Positions 58,177 through 64,000 of a stretch of DNA of 64,000 nt are shown in pieces. The translations under genes were made by a program, and so were the position numbers. How positions within the stretch are numbered: position 1 is the first letter of the stretch; every line of letters begins with the position of its first letter. The stretch spans positions 682,001 to 746,000 of the forward strand of contig AP026129.1 in NCBI GenBank assembly GCA_030295235.1, in the 5' to 3' direction. The DNA is from Fistulifera solaris (taxonomy: Eukaryota). The notes under the pieces were generated by a model, which did no database searches, had not been told where the DNA came from, and saw only the letters and a list, made by a program, of their open reading frames with translations.

Positions 58177-60736
58177 TGATGGAAGACGACATTGACTCGG
58201 GTGGCTTCCGCGCCTTACTGGAAAAAGTCCATCGCGTCGAGGAAAATGCCGATTGGAGCATCCATTCAGTTGACTATGAACAATTTAAAAACCGTCTGAA
58301 ATTTTTCGCTGAGAGGCGTGTCAAGGTGTGGTCGATTGTGCGTGATTCTCCCGACGGGAGAATAGCAGAAGATGAGTGGTCTGGTATTGCTGGTTGGAAG
58401 CTTCCAATGCCTCCATCAAGACGGGGTAATAACGACGCTGTTGAATTGTCTGCTTTCCAAAGAGCCACAGATCGTTACGTTTCGATGGGAGATATTCCCT
58501 TTCAAGAAGACTCGAAGGAATCCGATGAGTCAGTCAGCTCACATGACAGTTTGTCGAAGACAAGAAGGCGAACAAAAAGACACTTTATGCGGCGCCTTTC
58601 GAATACCGAGCGAAACGAACTGACATTATTCCTTGCTTGGGAAATGGATAAGGCAATGATGTTTTACTTGACGCAGTGGCAGAAGCTCTCACGTCGAATT
58701 GAAGACAAAGATTTCGATCGTTTTGAGGAAAGCACACCTACTCTTGATTTAGACATTGCGAACGAACTTCTCGAGCTATTCGCATTCTGCGTGATAAATA
58801 TAATTGTGACGCAACAAATCCTTATTCGATATGATGCGTTTGCACGAGCGTTCGAAGGAACACCGATGCGAAACTACTACTTGAAACAAGTAAAAAAAGA
58901 ACAGACTGCCTATCGCAAAATCCTTTGTCATGAAGAGCTGAAAGCGATTGCTGATAGTTTCGTCGAAGTGCAACTTCCGTCAAATCAATTGAGCCACTTC
59001 TGCGCTCAAAGAATGATGTTTGAGAGTATACTAGCATCTCTCGAAAGTGAGTCTGTCCACGATACGGTATTCAGATTGGAAAATTTGGCTATTTCAGCGA
59101 GAAGTCTTTGGAAATGGTTCATGGTGGGCCTTCGTGAAGGTCGCCTTGGCCTGGAACCGGCATACCTAGCTGGGAATGAAAAGAGTCTGACTAATCAGAT
59201 ACAACAGCTGGTGGAATGGCGGCAAAAGAAAAAGGAGATTCAGCAACCTCGTAAACAAGAGAGGAAACTGTCGGACATGCAGAAGTACCATCTGACGCTG
59301 AATCTCATGAGCGCATTTTTCTATTGCATGAATTATTACATCGTGGAACCATCAAGTACCTTGTACTGTAACCGGCTAGGAGCGCAAGACACTATGTCGG
59401 GACTTCTGATTGGTATGACTCCTCTGGCCGCGTTTATGTCTTCGATCCCCTATTCAATGTGGACAAATCATTCATTTCGGCATCCGTTCATTTTGTCGTG
59501 TGTTATGCTAATGCTTGGAAACATGTTGTACGCCTTCGCTGATATTTTCCGCAATTTCCCTATGGCAATAATGGGGCGGTTTATTTGTGGAATGGGGGCA
59601 CCAAAATGTATTATACGTCGCTATATGGCGGACACGACTCCAGTGAGTCTAAGGACGGGGGTGAATGCCGGTTTTGGGATGGTCGTAGCAGCTGGGTCTG
59701 CAATGGGACCGGCGATGGCAGTTGTTCTGAGCAAGTATGAGCAGGCCATAGCCGTTCCCCACGTTGGATACGTTACTTTGAATGGTCTAACGTTGCCAGG
59801 CTACTTCATGGCTGCGATCTGGTTGACATTCGCGCTGCTCGTGATCGCCACTTTTGATGAACCACAGAGGGAAGGTCTCCTCGAACAAAAACAGTTGGAG
59901 GAGAGTGAGAGAATATCCGATCCAATAAAAAACGAAATCCCACTTCCTTCATCTCTGGAAGTTTCTGTTAGTCAAATGAGCGAGCAAGACATAGAACTGA
60001 GAATGATCTTTAGTGGAGAAAGCCACGATTATGCTGGTCTCAAGGAAATGCAAGAAAAGCGTCCCGCCTCGCATCATTACCTGCAAGCACTTCGAAACTT
60101 CGCGGGGCTAATAACTTTTCCTGTTCGTGTCTGCCTCGGTCTTCTCTTCGCAAAAGTATTTACTATTGAAACCTTGGTAAGCTCAACTTCGTCGCTAACC
60201 AAAAACAGGTATCGCTGGGTTGTAACACAGGTTGGCGTTCTCGGTTTCACAAATGGATTGTTGGTTATACCTTTCTCGATCTTTATCGGACGATTATCAC
60301 TTTCTTTCGAAGATAGGATACTCATGAGATGGCTTGTTATGGCTGGTTGTTTCGGTTTCTTCCTGTTAATCGACTTATCCGACCTCGTAGAATCTCCCAC
60401 CGGAGATTACAATAAGGGACATATCCTGGCAGTAACACCACAAAGGTATATTGCAGGTTACTTCATCGCCTATCTCTCCGTTCAAGCGTTCGAAGGTGTA
60501 ATAGGATCTGCCTTGAGTAAGCTGATACCGACCGCCCTTGCCTCGGGTACACTGAACTCGGGGTTGCTCGCAACGCTGGTCGACACTTTGGCCGCGCTTG
60601 CGGTGATATCTTCATATCAGTGGTTGGTTGCATCGATTTACGGCAGCTATTGAATCTTCTATTCATACCAGCATTTGTGATAATGCTTACTTGCCTGGTG
60701 GTAATTGAAAAGTTCCATGACATGCTCTCGGTATAG
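58177..60736 (+). CDS. SPX-MFS vacuolar phosphate transporter (PHT5/VPT-like); frameshift near 60588
   Basis: N-terminal SPX-like region (W...VDYEQFK, EMDKAMMFY, QILIRYD) followed by multi-TM MFS. Correcting the T-run gives DTFGRACGD...LLNLLFIP with a stop at 60734-60736. Confidence 0.85.
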
Positions 60737-60855
60737 TCTTATCGCCAGCAACGAATAGAGCCGTGAGAAGTATTACGGCCAAACGTGCTATGCTTTACAC
60801 TTTAAACAATTTTTTAAACAAGTTTGACTTCATTTTGGTTGCTTTTTCGTTCTCC

Positions 60856-61692
60856 CTATTCTTTTTCTACTGCTACCATGTAATCAAAACCCAATTGAAG
60901 ACTACCGGTCGGGGATCGCTGTGTTGCGGCCATGCTCTCCTTTTCTAAATCATCTAGCTGTAGGGCCATCGCTTTCGACAAGGCACTGTTGTTGAACAAA
61001 AGAAGTTTGGATCTCGCTACATTGATCTGGCGCACCATTGTAGCATGCCGATAGAGTATAGGAAACTTCTTGGACGCAACAAGTCGCAACCCCGAAATCT
61101 GGTCGCATTGTCGCTCAATCCATTCTATAGGGTATTCTCTATAGCATCTATGCCCCGCTAGTAATATACAAGCATCTCGGACCTGTCGAATTCGACACAT
61201 GACATTCGCATCTCCGTCAACTCGGTTCGGCAATGGCTCCAAGCCGACAATGTACATACGGCCACCCGGTTTTAATAAAGCGGTGAGTTTGGTGAGCATT
61301 TGATCTTGTTGGTAGGGCGAAAAACCGTCCATAGCACCAATCAAATAGTCGACCAGTATGGTATCGTATTGTTGCTGCTCCAAATTGAGCCTACTACTTT
61401 CGGATCCAAACCAATTGCCTATGAGTATCTCTCCAATTGTGTCTACACCCAGAGCTTCGGCCTCTCTTTGTACATTGAGCTGCATGGTCGTATCAGCAGT
61501 AATGGCCGTGAAGGATGTCATTCCCTTTTCCGGCAATGTCGCGATCCAACGAAGTGAATGCATTCCCGTGCCCGCATCCAAGATTTTCCCAAAGGGACGA
61601 TTTTCGTGTTGCGCTTCGATGGAACCAAACAATGCGTCGTCTTTCCCGAAAACGAGGCGTTTCTTCGCATCGGGAGAGGGAAGAGGATCCAT
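60856..61692 (-). CDS. Class I SAM-dependent methyltransferase
   Basis: KILDAGTG motif I, YDTILVD, LLKPGGRMYI. Likely start is MDPLP at 61692. Confidence 0.85.
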   Translation of the reverse strand: MDPLPSPDAKKRLVFGKDDALFGSIEAQHENRPFGKILDAGTGMHSLRWIATLPEKGMTSFTAITADTTMQLNVQREAEALGVDTIGEILIGNWFGSESSRLNLEQQQYDTILVDYLIGAMDGFSPYQQDQMLTKLTALLKPGGRMYIVGLEPLPNRVDGDANVMCRIRQVRDACILLAGHRCYREYPIEWIERQCDQISGLRLVASKKFPILYRHATMVRQINVARSKLLLFNNSALSKAMALQLDDLEKESMAATQRSPTGSLQLGFDYMVAVEKE

Positions 61693-62558
61693 AGTAGTGG
61701 ATTGTCGCAGCACTTGAAATATACGTGGGCAAATGTGGGAGCGGTTGAAAAAGAATGCCGATGATTTGGGTGAAGATACTAGAAAAACGAATGGCGATAG
61801 TTGGCTCCAGTGCATGGAAGCAGTCAGCACTGTTCTCTTGTCTTTTCTTGCACAAGTGTAGATCACTTGCTCGAAATACTTGGAGAAGCTTCTCCCTTTG
61901 TTTGAGATCCTCTTAAATAAGGCAAGGGAGCCCTCTTGGTTATTGTCGTTTTGTTGAGCTCGTTATTATTATATTGTCAAGTCCGTTTTGTCTGTCCATC
62001 TTCCGTTGCCATGCAGTCACTGACTGTAGTCCTTAAAGTAGTCTTGGCACCTAAGTCCAACGTGATTGAAAGGACGACGACGACTCCTCTCCTCGGGAAC
62101 CAAATTCCTTCCGATTATACCTGGTAAAAATGTCTTCCGCCTCGTCGTTGGAAAAAAATTCTTTGATTGCCGAAATTGTTCCTTCGGAGGATGATGACGG
62201 AGATGATAATTCTTCTCTATCAGAAATATCAATCAATCAGAGCGCACAAATAGTAACCTCTTCATCTGTTATTTTCTACGTCGAAAATCCTCCCCGATGC
62301 TGCACTTCAATCTAGTATATCCCCAAAGTGTAGGCTTGACTTCGGCACGACTGGATATCAGTCACGAGAAACGCGATTTTTGGAACGTTGTTGTACCTGG
62401 TAGTGGTTTAATTTATTTATTCATTAATGATTGATTAGAATTCCTTGCTACTTCAATTGCTATCGCCTGCTCGCTTTCCATCTGACTTTATTTTAATAGT
62501 TTTTACTCCACGGCTGAACCGGCAATAACAATCGATCCGAACGAGCACTCTAAAAAGA

Positions 62559-62759
62559 ATGGCACCCACATTTACATCGCAATCACAACCACCAAACAAG
62601 CTGAGAGACGGGCCGTGTGCCGAAATATACAACAAACTAGAAGCTTGTCGACAGAGAGTTGCCGCGAAATCTCCTCAACAAGCGCTTACGTTATGTGTCA
62701 ATGAAACAGATCAACTGATCCAGTGCGTTCATAAACATCCCGCCTATTTCCAGCAATAA
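62559..62759 (+). CDS. Small twin CX9C (CHCH) protein, probably mitochondrial intermembrane space
   Basis: CAEIYNKLEAC and CVNETDQLIQC, two CX9C motifs in 66 aa. Confidence 0.7.
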   Translation: MAPTFTSQSQPPNKLRDGPCAEIYNKLEACRQRVAAKSPQQALTLCVNETDQLIQCVHKHPAYFQQ

Positions 62760-62786
62760 AGGATAGCATGTTATGATGTTAACTTA

Positions 62787-63903
62787 CTACAATTTACTTA
62801 ATGCGGCTGCCGACTCTAACATATTCACTTCTTCGGTATCCAATGTCCAACCCAGACAGCCCAAGACTTCTTTGGCCTGAGTGGGACTATTGACTTCGGG
62901 CAAAGGAACACCACCTTTGGCAATGACGTAATTGAGTGCTACTTGTGTCGTGGTAATATCCGTGTTGATCTGAGGCGGTGGGCCGTACTTGCTTTTAAAT
63001 CGTTCTTGGGTGTCTCTCATGTTTCGAATCACTCTCGTCCGAACCCTCTCAGCCACTGTTTCCAGTACGCTATGGACCGCTTGGTACTTTTCGAGCTCTT
63101 TGAACGTGTACTTTTTGTTGCTGCTCGACAAGGAAAGGACTCCTCTTCCGCCACCGGTCGGATTCATGGCGGTGAAAATACCACTCGCCAAACCATGGTC
63201 GAGGGGGGTTCGTGATAAGAGGAATCACATTGAATTCTTTGCAAATATCAATCAAGGCTTCATTTTTCCTATTTGTCAAGGAAAATTCAAAGGCATTGCT
63301 CGTGAGACTGTAGTCCGCCGCCGCCAACTGATTGCACAATTTACGAATCTTGTGTCCCTTCGTGACGCCGACGACACCGACCGCATTCGCTTGACCGGAT
63401 TCGAGAACGGAAATGAGTCCTTTGGACAATGCACTGGTACTACTGTACCACGAGTAAGGAACTTGCAAGAGCTCAATGGTAGGTAAATCACCGAGTTTCG
63501 TCAGCGACTTTTCCAATGAATTCACCATGGCCTTTTCTGTCGTCACCACTGTATTCATGGAAAGTGTGGCGAGTATGGTTTGTAACGTATTTCCGGAGTA
63601 AGTTTCCGCAATCTGACATTCCGGAACACTTTCGGGTCGTTCAGCCAAACAGCGTTTCAATATATCATGCGCACTCATCGTCCCCCCGTACGAGGCGGAA
63701 GTCTCTACGAACGTAATGCCCGAAGCGAGTAATTCATTGTACGCCAATTGAATATCACCCGGCACAAACAAACCCGACTTGATGGCCCGTTTGGTCAATT
63801 TTCCGTTGGCGACAAAATTTCGTTTCGGATCTCCCCACGCGATGGTCGTAATGCCCAGACGATTGGGGATATGAAAGTCATTTTCGTCCTCATAATCTGC
63901 CAT
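62787..63903 (-). CDS. Aldo-keto reductase-like protein; frameshift near 63205
   Basis: LGITTIAWG, GITFVETSASYG, SLEKSLTKLG..IELLQV, AVGV, TTTQVALNYVIAKG.VPLP, GCLGWTL. The frameshift lies in a six-base homopolymer. Confidence 0.8.
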
Positions 63904-64000
63904 GTAGTCGACAATCGGGGTCTCGTATTTTTGTTTCGAGACATCTTTGTCTTTTTTCTTTCTTGTCGTCGGTATCTTCTTTCGTAGGGGTTTTTTTATT

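Noticed and set aside
61870..62315. Acidic Ser-rich coding-like fragment on the minus strand
   Set aside because: Interrupted by stops with no identifiable homology; cannot be supported as a gene.
20190..63210. Programmed ribosomal frameshifting as a shared mechanism
   Set aside because: The shifts vary in sequence context and hit unrelated genes, mostly at homopolymers; sequencing error is simpler.

Overview
Gene-dense eukaryotic nuclear DNA with short GT-AG introns. Gene content (bipartite plastid-targeting peptides, diatom-type hybrid histidine kinase, HSF, globins, SPX-MFS, nuclear PSST) points to a pennate diatom; Fistulifera-like is a guess. Housekeeping genes include the PRP8 3' end, a RETSAT/CrtI-like oxidoreductase, NDUFS7, MCM8, a P2B Ca-ATPase, Tic22 and PP2C. 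Four regions stand out. (1) A ~16.5 kb cluster (32.2-48.7 kb) holds seven paralogous loci for secreted, non-catalytic proteins built from about 15 bacterial-like CBM6 modules and Pro/Thr/Ser/Gly-rich or repeat linkers. Several carry an RXL motif after the signal peptide, and two are pseudogenes. (2) A 4,578-bp DDE DNA transposon (12472-17049) has imperfect 30-bp TIRs and a 5-bp GGATC TSD, supported by an empty copy of the target about 230 bp downstream. (3) A hairpin-containing 49-53 bp minisatellite lies at 6.1-6.9 kb. (4) A convergent globin pair includes one copy with Tyr at the E7 and CD1 positions. Many genes have single-base frameshifts, mostly in homopolymer runs. These are most likely assembly errors, so gene models were joined across them. 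All calls come from manual motif recognition; no searches were run.
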